A stretch of 64,000 nucleotides of DNA from Candidatus Brocadiia bacterium (GTDB taxonomy: Bacteria; Planctomycetota; B143-G9). Shown here in pieces: positions 11,001 to 19,631 of this stretch. Numbering within the stretch: the stretch's first letter is position 1; each line of letters begins with the position of its first letter. Below the pieces are notes generated by a model. It saw only the letters and a program-made list of their open reading frames with translations, made no database searches and was not told where the DNA came from. The stretch spans positions 335 to 64,334 of the forward strand of contig JBAZOJ010000001.1 of assembly GCA_041648755.1 (NCBI GenBank). The letters are read 5' to 3'. Both the position numbers and the translations under genes were made by a program.

Positions 11001-11770
11001 CCGAAGGCTATGCGCAGGCAACAATCTCCCTTGTGAACATCGGTTCCGGAGAGATGGTGTGGACCTTGGAGAGCGATTCGCCCTTCGCGACTCCCGCTGT
11101 GCTTAGCGGTTCAGGAAACTCGGAAATACCCGTCACATTCTCCGCGATTGGCCTTGCGGCAGGGCAGTATCCCGTGCGTGTGACAGGGATTGCGGGAAAT
11201 GGTGTCGAGTGGCTTGGTGAAAGCCGGTTTGTGCTGAACGTGTATGGCGGAGCGCCAACGACAATATCTCTTCCTCTGGTTGCAGGTTGGAATGCAGTTC
11301 CGGTCTGTCTTATCCCGAGGAGCAGGCTCAGTCTTCGCGATTTCATGGCGATGGCGCGCAATTCCGATGGAGCCCCGATTGCGGTGAAGTCCGAACGCTA
11401 CGTGGGTTCCGGCCGCACAGACTACGATTCCGGGGCAGGGGAGGAAATAGAAATGCAGGCCGGGCAAGCGATTCTGCTTCTCTGTAGCGAAGCGGGAACG
11501 CTCTCCTTGACCGGAGACCCGATCTTGCAGTACTTAGTGTTCTGTGATGCGGGCGATTCTCTGATAGCGGTTCCATCGCCGTACGAAGACGACATTTCGG
11601 GACTGTGGCCTTGTCTCCCAACAAGTCCCGGGCTCTTTATATCACCGTGGGAAGACGGTTTTCACAGGCAGTTCGTGCGCGGCTCCGGAACCGATGCGGG
11701 CTCTGGCCGCAACGGGGTTGTCCATATTCGGGCATCCCTCCCATTTTACGTTTCCCTCTCACTTCATTGA
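8045..11770 (+). CDS. Large secreted putative zinc metalloprotease (HEXXH, M60-like) with multiple Ig/BACON-like beta-sandwich repeats
   Basis: ATG at 8045 with GGAGGAAG upstream (the track's GTG at 8012 overlaps the previous gene). Signal/TM segment LLLAFLAIAIALFSLSL. HEYFH...E(ATA) gluzincin-type motif. Repeated ~90-aa beta-sandwich segments (e.g. GILFWSSTSDSSWLKVVPASGSIAPFSQGTLSVTAEV) typical of BACON/Ig-like domains. Confidence 0.6.
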   Translation: MRCRRRSKHLLLAFLAIAIALFSLSLPKGHDETEKGAKRADIPRNATALTLVAARNDDSRPRLAPGAELQPVLSSRVTGSPHQAGSIPREQADNHRGMSRKEVSDEVAEIAAQLESLSLGNVKLENCLSDLAIRCRMFYAELPARARRIADQILLRPTTNPDYFEGVNIAYPQGTTELTLDKGGFRVHYIATGAQAATAEYAAKTSDVMPVIRAAINETMSFVAPPGDGIEGGGQDLYDVYISSLPSGIAGFCSASGKTGEAWSSYIVIDNGLSLQDSSRVTSLSTTLAHEYFHSCQYAYDVSERTWWKEATATWAQDKVFPDVKDYVLLVSERFAKPQTPLDSTVGNNEYASVLFAKFLEEYNQNNDVIRICWEKMAANREDLVPENTLPAIKDALASIGSSFELLFPIYGVWLYRKGYFADSTFYPDCATNGRYSSYPVALTSDGLSAGNLGHLSFHILEFAADASSNLLSVAFDGADGFPFSVAVLSVGTTTSSDSLTSVMLNGAQSGQLTLGDMRTKYSRICVVVANTSPYAGGASYGLSVAAALPGTFAFDRSAITLTGSEGSDSPSGSLGLSNTGEGILFWSSTSDSSWLKVVPASGSIAPFSQGTLSVTAEVTGLLPSNSPFLGKLTFTSTNASNSPQQIQVTLILLYSAPYLRCDKTELSFIALQGKSPPPEQKVVLKNEGDGPLHWNADPTMNWMRAAPSGGTLGKQETVEISVTTLSNSLPTSPNPYTGVIILSSKEAANSPLSLTVNLIVLPPNAVAPVLDTWGHVVLYEPFQWYDIAVPELDITGYFSDADNGSAAFYMPIEMSFFGRKLVREDLFYISTNGVFSFSPPGISSPENLLLPTVSLPSDLVAAFWTDFDLNVSGNVYARAFETEGVRTHFIVQFDGLFRKDGTGPFSMQIVFQSGGDIILRYNSDFRLASRGTIGLQNASGSDGLSVSFDAPAGFPTAGTSLRVTTRGQLPVLTTMPRASYVSVAAEGYAQATISLVNIGSGEMVWTLESDSPFATPAVLSGSGNSEIPVTFSAIGLAAGQYPVRVTGIAGNGVEWLGESRFVLNVYGGAPTTISLPLVAGWNAVPVCLIPRSRLSLRDFMAMARNSDGAPIAVKSERYVGSGRTDYDSGAGEEIEMQAGQAILLLCSEAGTLSLTGDPILQYLVFCDAGDSLIAVPSPYEDDISGLWPCLPTSPGLFISPWEDGFHRQFVRGSGTDAGSGRNGVVHIRASLPFYVSLSLH

Positions 11771-11822
11771 CCTTTCGCGAAAAGCCCATCGAATATCCCG
11801 TTAGCCCTTGAAAGGAAGAGTT

Positions 11823-14800
11823 ATGAGACGACTTCTGGTCTCCATCATGGCAATGCTTCTGCTGGGAACCTCGCTCGGAGTGGCTGTTGCCGCTGAAGAC
11901 GAACTGCCGATTTTCCTCCGGAACCCGGCATTATCACCCGATGGGAAGATGCTGGCTTTTGACTACGACGGCGACATTTGGACTGTCGATGCAGCGGGCG
12001 GCGCAGCGAAGCGCCTCACCTCCCATCCTGCAATGGAACGCCGTCCGTACTTTTCTCCTGACGGGAAATGGATTCTGTATCTCGCCGCTTACTACACTGG
12101 AGCCGACTTGTACATTATTCCAACCGAAGGTGGCGATCCGCGTCGCCTGACCTTCACCGCAGGAACAGACGTACCGACGGGCTTCTCTGCAGACGGAAGG
12201 TACGTCTACTTCTACGGTTTCATGGATAATATCTGGGACACTTTCCGTGTTCCGTTTGAAGGAGGCACCCCGGTCAGAATGGTGGCAGCCCGGAGAGACT
12301 ACAGTGGTGGCGCTACACCTTCCCCCGACGGAAAACTCTTGGCGTTCGTTTACAGAGCCGGATACGACGAGTGGTCCCGCGCAGGTTTCAGGAGCGATGC
12401 CACTGCAGAAATCTACCTTGCTGAGAACTCCGTTCCGGTGACTGGAATCACGCGGCTCACGAACAACAAGTGCAACGATTTTCTGCCGCTGTGGTCGCCA
12501 GACGGGAAGAAACTCTACTACGTCAGCGACGAGGACGGAACGTACAACCTCTATAACATGCCACTCGAATGGAAGGGCAAACAACACAACAAGCTCACCA
12601 AATTCGAGAAGACGGGAATCCGCTGGTACACGATTGCCGCGCAAACTGGAGACATGGTCATCGAACGCAATCGGCGCCTGTACAGGCTTGACCCCGATAA
12701 CTACGAGGCCAGGCTGATCGAGATCACGATCTATGATCCTCCCCGGTACTTTCCGCCCGAATTTGCCGAGCAGGCGATCTCCGTCACAGACTTCTCAGTA
12801 GCTCCGGACGGGAAGAAGATCAGCTTCATGTCCGGGAACGATGTCTTCGTAATGTCGACAGATGGTGGGTACGCCAAGCAACTGACTACGTCCCCTGAGC
12901 GCGAAGAGAACCTGTACTGGTCTACGGATTCGAACTTCATACTGTTCAATCGTATCATTGGAGGCGGCGAGCAGATCGTCAGAGTGGATGTTCGGGATAG
13001 CAAGGAAGAGGTGCTCACCTCAGGCCATGACAATAAGTTCTCACCGTACTCCAGTGCGGACGGAAAGTCAATTCTCTACGAACTGAATTATGACGAAATC
13101 CGGGCGATGGACTTGGACGGAAAGAATGACCGTCTGCTGGTCAAGGGCACCTTCGCGCGTCGCGTTTTCAGCGATGGCCGGTGGTTTGACCTTACCCCGG
13201 ACGGGAAGTGGTTGCTCTACTTCGAGCAGAATCCAGCCATGCGCTATGATGCCAAGGTGAAACGTATTGGCGACGACTCCCCGCCGGTAATAGTCTCTCC
13301 CCTCGGTGGCGGGTCATTCCCGGGAATGTTCTCATCCGACTACAAGTACTTCACCTTTACAAACTACGAATCTGACAAGGGCACCATCTTCGTGTTGGAT
13401 TTCGAGAAGGACAAGACACCTCGCGAGAGCCCGATCCAGAAACTGGATGACCTGCTGAATCCGCCCCCCAAGCCGGAGAAGCCCGCTGAAGGCACGGAAC
13501 CTGTAAATAAGGGCGAAGATGCTCCTCCGAATCCCGGGGCGGGAGACAAGCTCGACTTCAGCGATCTGATCAACCGGATCAGACCCGCTGCACCTACCTT
13601 CCCGGGAGGCAATTCGGGCGGCTACATTATGAAGAATAATCGGACGCTTCTATTCCTGGGGGATAGCGAGGGAGGCAACAACCTCTTCGCGGTTCCTTTG
13701 GCAGAAGCGCAATCCGCGCAATTCCAGCAAGTCACGAATTTTCCAGGCAACAAGGTCGGGTTTGAGCTGGATAAGGCTGAACAGAACGCGTACTTCATTA
13801 TGAATGGCGCGATCTTCAAGGTTCCCATGAACAGCCGACAGCCTGCGAAAATCTCCCCTGCAAGCGTCCGCAAGCCCTACAACGACAAGTCCACCAGGCG
13901 GGCGGTGTTCGAGGAACTGCACTGGATGCTTGACCACGGATTCTACGATCCACAACACCATGGCCTTGACCTTGACAAGCTCCGCGAGAAGTACTTACCA
14001 TTGGTGGACAGGTGTGTTGATGACGGAACCTTCGCATACTTGATGGATGAGTACATCGGCGAGTATAACGCGTCGCACATGGGCTTCTACTCTCGCAGAT
14101 CCACTGCACCTGATTACTCGACTACCGAGAAGAACCCGCACCCCGGCTTCTTCTATGACGATGCGATGATCGAGCAAGGCTTCCTTGTGATTAAGCACCT
14201 GGTTCAGGGCACACCGGCCTGCAGGCCGAATTCAGGCCTGAAGGAGGGTGACTATGTTCTTGAAATTGCTGGAACGAAGTATGACAGAACCGTGGATCTC
14301 TTCAACATTATCCGCAACACACTCGGGCAGGAAGTCAAGTTCGTTGTGGCCGACAACCCGGCTGGCGACAACAAGCGCACCGTCTATCTTCCGATGATTG
14401 ACATTAACGCGATGTATGGTGCGAGGCTGAACGAGTGGGAGGAGACCAATAGGAAGTACGTCGAGGAGAAGAGCAACGGTAAGTTCGGCTACATCTGCCT
14501 GCGAACGATGATGGGCCCGGATCTGGAGAAGTACCGCCGCTTCATCGGCCGGTATGTCGGAAACTTCGACGGCGTGGTCCTGGATTTCCGGTACAACGGC
14601 GGCGGATACATATCCAACGATATCGTAGCTTCATTGGCAGATACACCGTGGCTTTTCCGGAGAAGCCGAGGCTCCGTCTGGAGTCCAGAGGATGTCGTTC
14701 GCGACTTCTCATTCCAGAAGGCAGTGGTGGGTATGTTCAACTACGGTTCGTTCTCCAATGCCGAAATGATGTGTGCCGGGATGAACATCAAGCACATCGG

Positions 14801-15074
14801 AAAGACTGTCGGAACTCCTACTGCGGGAGGGGTAATTGGCACTGTCGATCTGCAACTCCTTGATGGTTCAGTTGCCCGCCTGCCCACCTCGGCCGTGTTT
14901 GATCTGACCGGCCGGAATCTCGAAGGCAATCCTACCGAGCCGGAGATCTATGTCGATCAGGACGTGAAGGACGAGATGGAAGGCCGCTTCCCGCAACTCG
15001 ATGTGGCGGTGGATACGCTGAGGAAACTCGCCAAGGATAATGCTGAGAAACTGCTGCCGAAGAATGCCAGGTAG
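11823..15074 (+). CDS. Tricorn protease homolog (N-terminal beta-propellers, C-terminal PDZ and S41 peptidase domains), secreted
   Basis: About 1083 aa. TolB-like WD40 repeats (LSPDGKMLAF...GDIWTV, YFSPDGKWILY). C-terminal tail-specific protease region (GYICLRTMMG, LDFRYNGGGYISNDIV). ATG at 11823 with AAAGGAAGAG RBS; the track's start at 11808 is TTG. Signal peptide present. Confidence 0.85.
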   Translation: MRRLLVSIMAMLLLGTSLGVAVAAEDELPIFLRNPALSPDGKMLAFDYDGDIWTVDAAGGAAKRLTSHPAMERRPYFSPDGKWILYLAAYYTGADLYIIPTEGGDPRRLTFTAGTDVPTGFSADGRYVYFYGFMDNIWDTFRVPFEGGTPVRMVAARRDYSGGATPSPDGKLLAFVYRAGYDEWSRAGFRSDATAEIYLAENSVPVTGITRLTNNKCNDFLPLWSPDGKKLYYVSDEDGTYNLYNMPLEWKGKQHNKLTKFEKTGIRWYTIAAQTGDMVIERNRRLYRLDPDNYEARLIEITIYDPPRYFPPEFAEQAISVTDFSVAPDGKKISFMSGNDVFVMSTDGGYAKQLTTSPEREENLYWSTDSNFILFNRIIGGGEQIVRVDVRDSKEEVLTSGHDNKFSPYSSADGKSILYELNYDEIRAMDLDGKNDRLLVKGTFARRVFSDGRWFDLTPDGKWLLYFEQNPAMRYDAKVKRIGDDSPPVIVSPLGGGSFPGMFSSDYKYFTFTNYESDKGTIFVLDFEKDKTPRESPIQKLDDLLNPPPKPEKPAEGTEPVNKGEDAPPNPGAGDKLDFSDLINRIRPAAPTFPGGNSGGYIMKNNRTLLFLGDSEGGNNLFAVPLAEAQSAQFQQVTNFPGNKVGFELDKAEQNAYFIMNGAIFKVPMNSRQPAKISPASVRKPYNDKSTRRAVFEELHWMLDHGFYDPQHHGLDLDKLREKYLPLVDRCVDDGTFAYLMDEYIGEYNASHMGFYSRRSTAPDYSTTEKNPHPGFFYDDAMIEQGFLVIKHLVQGTPACRPNSGLKEGDYVLEIAGTKYDRTVDLFNIIRNTLGQEVKFVVADNPAGDNKRTVYLPMIDINAMYGARLNEWEETNRKYVEEKSNGKFGYICLRTMMGPDLEKYRRFIGRYVGNFDGVVLDFRYNGGGYISNDIVASLADTPWLFRRSRGSVWSPEDVVRDFSFQKAVVGMFNYGSFSNAEMMCAGMNIKHIGKTVGTPTAGGVIGTVDLQLLDGSVARLPTSAVFDLTGRNLEGNPTEPEIYVDQDVKDEMEGRFPQLDVAVDTLRKLAKDNAEKLLPKNAR

Positions 15075-15088
15075 CACCTGAAAACAAT

Positions 15089-15120
15089 AGGGGGGCGGAC
15101 CAAATGGTCCGCCCCCCTTT
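15089..15120. terminator. Bidirectional rho-independent terminator between convergent genes
   Basis: Perfect GC-rich hairpin GGGGGGCGGACC-aaat-GGTCCGCCCCCC followed by TTT. It sits between the tricorn stop (15074) and the convergent minus-strand gene's stop (15130). Confidence 0.7.
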
Positions 15121-15129
15121 CTGTTATGG

Positions 15130-16971
15130 TTAGTTGTCGAGGTTGACCGGAAGCGAGTAGATATTCCTTTCAGTGTCCTGGAACAGGCACAGCCCGGTCT
15201 TGTATGATACCACTGTGGCCTCGAAATCCTTCTGCTCCCACCTGGCCTCAAGTGCGCCCGTGCGGAGATTTACCCCGTAGACGCCCTTGTTCGTAAGAGC
15301 GATTGCCCGGTTCTCACCTGAGACGAGATGGCTGATCGTTCCCGGCACCTTTATCTTGCATGTAATCTGCATCGTGTCGGTGCTTACAAGCACAACGCCA
15401 TCGCTGTTGAAGCCAATCAGGAATTTGCCGTCCGATGAGAAGCGGAGATCCTGAAGTCCCTTGCGCAGGCTGAAAACAGCTTCGCCCTTAGCCAGGTCGA
15501 CAATCTCAACGTAAACCGAGCGAACGGCAAGATAGCGCAGGTCGTTGGTTACAACTGCTTCCTCAAGAAACGTGGTAGGCATGAAAGAGCGAGCAAGCTT
15601 CCCGGTCTCGGAATCCAGTATTCGAATTTCAGAGTCTGTCGCAAAGGTGACAAGGAGATGTCCATCGTTGCTGGGGCAAGGCACAGTGGAATAGAGGGCC
15701 ACCGGGAAGTCGAATGCGGGCTTTATCGACATGTCCTTTGGGTTGAGAAAGTAGCACGAAAGCGCGCCGACCAGCAATACACGGTCTTCGTCCAGGTAGA
15801 ACGCGGTTTTTAGATCGATGACTCCCGCTTTGACAATCATCTGGCACGCTATCGGGACGATGGTGCCATTCTGCAGTTCGTAGTGCTCAAGTCGGTCGTT
15901 GCGGAAGGAAAAGAAGCGTTTACCAGAAGGAGCAATGGCGAAGAAGTCGAAGAGCGCTGGCTCCTTTGCATAGAACTGGGGAGTGTGCGAATTGGAGTCC
16001 AGCAGCTCGAAAAACACGTCCGACCAGGCGATTATGTGTCCCGGGCTCATCGTAAGTTGTGCTCCTGAAGAAAACTCGGTGGGAATCTGCTTCAGGAGAG
16101 CAGGAGGTGAAGTTGTCAGGTCGTATACGTGAATTGCTCCTCCAATCAACGAGATGAACAGGCGGGTTCCCGTGACGTCAATGGCCAGATCGCGGACATC
16201 AGTGCCTACAGGGAAAGCAAACAACTCGGTGTAGGGATTCAGGGCAATGAGCTTGGCTCCGCTGCCATACTGGTTAACTACGGCTTTCTTGATGCCGTCG
16301 AAGAACACCATTTCCGCGTACGAGCCCTCTGAAAAGGAGAGCAATTTCTCGCCGGTCCTGAGATCATAAAGCACTGCAAGTCGGCTGGGGGAGAATACTG
16401 CGAGAACGCTCCCATCGCAGGCCAAAGACAGAGAGTAGAGCCCCGGGAACTTGACGAACTCCTTTTCGGTGGCAAGGTCGGGATCCCATAGCGAGATTCG
16501 ACCTGTTGAAAAGCCCGCAATAATGGAGTTCATCGGCTGGCTGAAGAGAAGGAACATCACCTTCTCGTTGAACTTCTTGCTCTCCGCAGTCTTTTTCCCA
16601 TTCTCCAGGGAGTATCGTGCGATGCTGGCGAAACCATCTTCGCCGTCGGGCATATTGGGGCAGTAGTAGGATCCGGCAGCCGAGACCGCGAGAACCGGTA
16701 CAGTGACAGGTGCTGAAACAGTGCTCTTGGGGCAGGGGGATGTCGTAGAGAAAAGAGAAAACTGTTCCGGGAACCGGCAGAAAGCGACCACTTGATCGTT
16801 GCTTAGCGGCTCGACGGCGACAATTTTCCCCTGCACCTGCGGGGATGGGCCGGCCATGCAACGTTTGACAGGCAGATCGGCCAGTGGAGTCTCCTCAGCG
16901 TTGGAGCCTGTCCAAGCAGAGAGAGAGAGAACGGCAAAGAGCAGAAGAAGCAATGGTTCGCGAAGGGTCAT
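15130..16971 (-). CDS. Secreted WD40/beta-propeller repeat protein (hypothetical)
   Basis: GGAGGT RBS. Signal peptide MTLREPLLLLLFAVLSLSAWTGSNA. Repetitive beta-strand-rich sequence with recurring D-G / S-x-D-G motifs. Confidence 0.55.
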   Translation of the reverse strand: MTLREPLLLLLFAVLSLSAWTGSNAEETPLADLPVKRCMAGPSPQVQGKIVAVEPLSNDQVVAFCRFPEQFSLFSTTSPCPKSTVSAPVTVPVLAVSAAGSYYCPNMPDGEDGFASIARYSLENGKKTAESKKFNEKVMFLLFSQPMNSIIAGFSTGRISLWDPDLATEKEFVKFPGLYSLSLACDGSVLAVFSPSRLAVLYDLRTGEKLLSFSEGSYAEMVFFDGIKKAVVNQYGSGAKLIALNPYTELFAFPVGTDVRDLAIDVTGTRLFISLIGGAIHVYDLTTSPPALLKQIPTEFSSGAQLTMSPGHIIAWSDVFFELLDSNSHTPQFYAKEPALFDFFAIAPSGKRFFSFRNDRLEHYELQNGTIVPIACQMIVKAGVIDLKTAFYLDEDRVLLVGALSCYFLNPKDMSIKPAFDFPVALYSTVPCPSNDGHLLVTFATDSEIRILDSETGKLARSFMPTTFLEEAVVTNDLRYLAVRSVYVEIVDLAKGEAVFSLRKGLQDLRFSSDGKFLIGFNSDGVVLVSTDTMQITCKIKVPGTISHLVSGENRAIALTNKGVYGVNLRTGALEARWEQKDFEATVVSYKTGLCLFQDTERNIYSLPVNLDN

Positions 16972-17078
16972 ATTACCTCCGGATCCTATCTTAGTGGGTT
17001 TCGTTTTTTGGGAAGAGGTTCCTTTCTTTACTTTCGAGGACTAGGCGGTACAATATCGAGACTCAGGCTGGAAGAACC

Positions 17079-19631
17079 ATGGAAAAACAGAAGTGGGGCG
17101 ATTACGAGCTCCTCGGGACCATCGGAAAAGGTGCACAAGGCGTTGTTTACAAGGCGATGCAGCCACTGCTTGCCAGAACAGTCGCCATCAAGGTGCTTCC
17201 CGCGTACTATGCGGGTGACGATTCGTTTGTAACCCGCTTTCAGCGGGAGGCGCAGAACATCGCGCGCCTAAGCCATCCGAACATCGTTCAGGTCTATGAC
17301 ATGAACAAGTTCGAAGGCACGTACTACTACGTGATGGAGTACATCGAGGGAGAAGACCTTGGCAAGATGATGAAGCGCGGGGTCCAGTTCTCGTGGGAAC
17401 AGATTATCGACATCATCAAGCAGGTCGCTTCGGCACTGGAGGCGGCCGCCGAACAGAACATGGTCCATCGGGACATTAAGCCCGAGAACATAATGATCAC
17501 CCTGAAAGGGCAAGTCAAAGTTGCTGACTTCGGCCTTGCCAAGATCACGGGCAGCGATGCGAACGCCACAAAGTCCGGGATTATTCTTGGAACGGTCAAC
17601 TATATGCCCCCTGAGCAGGCCAAGGGCGGCGAATGCGACGTCCGGTCGGATCTGTATTCTCTTGGCGTGGTCATGTTCAGGATGCTTACCGGTGAGTTGC
17701 CGTTCAATGGCGAGAACATTCACACCGTTCTCTACAAGCACATCAACGAGCAGCCGCCGAACCCCAGGACGATCAATCCTGCGGTTCCGGAGCATCTATC
17801 GAACATTTGCCTCAAACTCCTCAATAAGGAACCGGAGAGAAGATTCCAGCGTCCTGTAGAGCTAATGCATGTTCTTGACGCGGTGTTGGGAGCATCATCC
17901 GGATCGCTTGCCGCTACGAGGACGATCGAAGTTGGAGGGCTTCCCGCCGAGACCAGCTTGAGATCACAGAGCATCTCCAATCTCGGGCCTGATGGTCCCA
18001 CAATCACACTGAGACCTGATGCAAAGGGTGCAGGGCCGCAAAGAAGGAAAGCTCCAGTGGCGATTGTCGCCACGCTTGGAGTGTTGGTGCTCCTCCTCGT
18101 AGTATTTGGAGCCGAAAGGCTCTTCCTTGGGGGGAGTGTAACAAACAAGCTGTTCCCGTTCCTGGCAGGTTCAGGCACCTCCGTTTCTCCTTCTCCGTCC
18201 CCGAGTGCGCCAAAAACCGAGTACATCGTAAAATTTGCCATCAGTCCCTCCGAGGCTACTGTTGAAGTCCAACAAGGCCCTGAATCGAGAGAGCTTCTTC
18301 CCAAAGCATCCGCTGACGGCACGACTACCCATTCCTTCGCTCCGGGAACCTATCAGATCGCGGCATTCTGTGATGGATATATACCTTCCGGAGAGACAGT
18401 ATTTGTCGTCAAGCCCGATGGCACGGTGATTCCAGAAGAAGTGGCCGTTAGCCTTAAGCCGACTCCCGAGCGTGAAGCGGAACTCGCAGTTTCTGCGAAG
18501 CTCAAGAATCTGCTGGGTCCGGATGCACTCCTTGAGTATCTCCCTGAACTGGAGAAGCAAGCCCTGGCATTTCCGGGCAACGCTGTAATCAAGCAAGGTC
18601 TTGAGGCCACTCAGAACAAGCTCAAGGAACATGCATCTTCTCTTTGCACTCAGGCTCGTGACCTCATGAACACCCAGGCGGAGATGCTTGAGAACGCATC
18701 TCTTGAGTCCCTTGAGAAGATCAGCCTGTCGAGGGATGAAGAACTGCTCAAGGAAAGCCTGAAATTCTGGCAGTCTGATGAAGCCAAAAAGACGCAGGAA
18801 AGTCTCGGAATCCTGCGCGAGGCAATATCGGAGTATGTCTCGCTGGCAAAACTGGAAAAAGCCAACGAGGGCGTTCCGGCGCAACTCCCTGACATCATTG
18901 CCAAGTACAGCGCATTCATCGAAAAGTACGGTCAGACGTTGGCCTCTCCCCTTGTCTCCATGGCTGCTCAGCGAAAAGTGCAGCTTGGAGGGAAGATGTC
19001 AAACAGGGAGAAATATGAAGCGTGGCTTCTTGGCGTCAAGAACTACGTTGACGAGGTCAAGAAAGCCATCGCTCTTCCAGACTTCGAGGTCGCGCAGAAG
19101 TTTCTCGAAAAGGCGAAGCAGGAACTCGCGAACCAACCTGCGGATGTGAAACTGCAGCCTGACGATGAACTCATCAAGACATCCAAGGCTCTGTCTGACG
19201 AAGTGAATACTGCCCTTCCACCTGTCGTGGCGAAGGGATTGCGGAACCGCGACAAAGAAGTGTGGCCCGTTATTGAGCAGTTCACTGAAGCTATGAAGAA
19301 GAGAGATTTGACGGTTCTCGCTGAGTTGCTCTCCGCGTCGCAGGAAAAGGAGAAGTACCTTTCTGAACTGAAGGATTTCCTTGCCTATAGCGAGATCTCA
19401 ACGGCAGGCGTGCAGCGCAAGCCTCAAGGGGTCTGCAAGGTCGAGAATGACATGGCTGAGTACCAGTTGGTGTGGAGCATTGACCTGAGGATTTCTGCCC
19501 TCGGAGCCCAGGAGACTGCAATGACGGAACGTGTCGAACTGGTCGTCAAGCTGAAATTCGTCGACAAGACATGGAGAATTGACAGCCTTGCCGTAACTGG
19601 CGCGTGGTCGGACATTAAGGAGAACAAATGA
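17079..19631 (+). CDS. Hanks-type serine/threonine protein kinase with a TM segment and a large coiled-coil-rich C-terminal extracytoplasmic region
   Basis: Kinase subdomains (GKGAQGVVYKA, AIKVL, HRDIKPENI, DFGLAK, the PE in YMPPEQ). TM helix VAIVATLGVLVLLLVVFGA near residue 330. Possible promoter TTTACT-N16-TACAAT upstream. Confidence 0.85.
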   Translation: MEKQKWGDYELLGTIGKGAQGVVYKAMQPLLARTVAIKVLPAYYAGDDSFVTRFQREAQNIARLSHPNIVQVYDMNKFEGTYYYVMEYIEGEDLGKMMKRGVQFSWEQIIDIIKQVASALEAAAEQNMVHRDIKPENIMITLKGQVKVADFGLAKITGSDANATKSGIILGTVNYMPPEQAKGGECDVRSDLYSLGVVMFRMLTGELPFNGENIHTVLYKHINEQPPNPRTINPAVPEHLSNICLKLLNKEPERRFQRPVELMHVLDAVLGASSGSLAATRTIEVGGLPAETSLRSQSISNLGPDGPTITLRPDAKGAGPQRRKAPVAIVATLGVLVLLLVVFGAERLFLGGSVTNKLFPFLAGSGTSVSPSPSPSAPKTEYIVKFAISPSEATVEVQQGPESRELLPKASADGTTTHSFAPGTYQIAAFCDGYIPSGETVFVVKPDGTVIPEEVAVSLKPTPEREAELAVSAKLKNLLGPDALLEYLPELEKQALAFPGNAVIKQGLEATQNKLKEHASSLCTQARDLMNTQAEMLENASLESLEKISLSRDEELLKESLKFWQSDEAKKTQESLGILREAISEYVSLAKLEKANEGVPAQLPDIIAKYSAFIEKYGQTLASPLVSMAAQRKVQLGGKMSNREKYEAWLLGVKNYVDEVKKAIALPDFEVAQKFLEKAKQELANQPADVKLQPDDELIKTSKALSDEVNTALPPVVAKGLRNRDKEVWPVIEQFTEAMKKRDLTVLAELLSASQEKEKYLSELKDFLAYSEISTAGVQRKPQGVCKVENDMAEYQLVWSIDLRISALGAQETAMTERVELVVKLKFVDKTWRIDSLAVTGAWSDIKENK

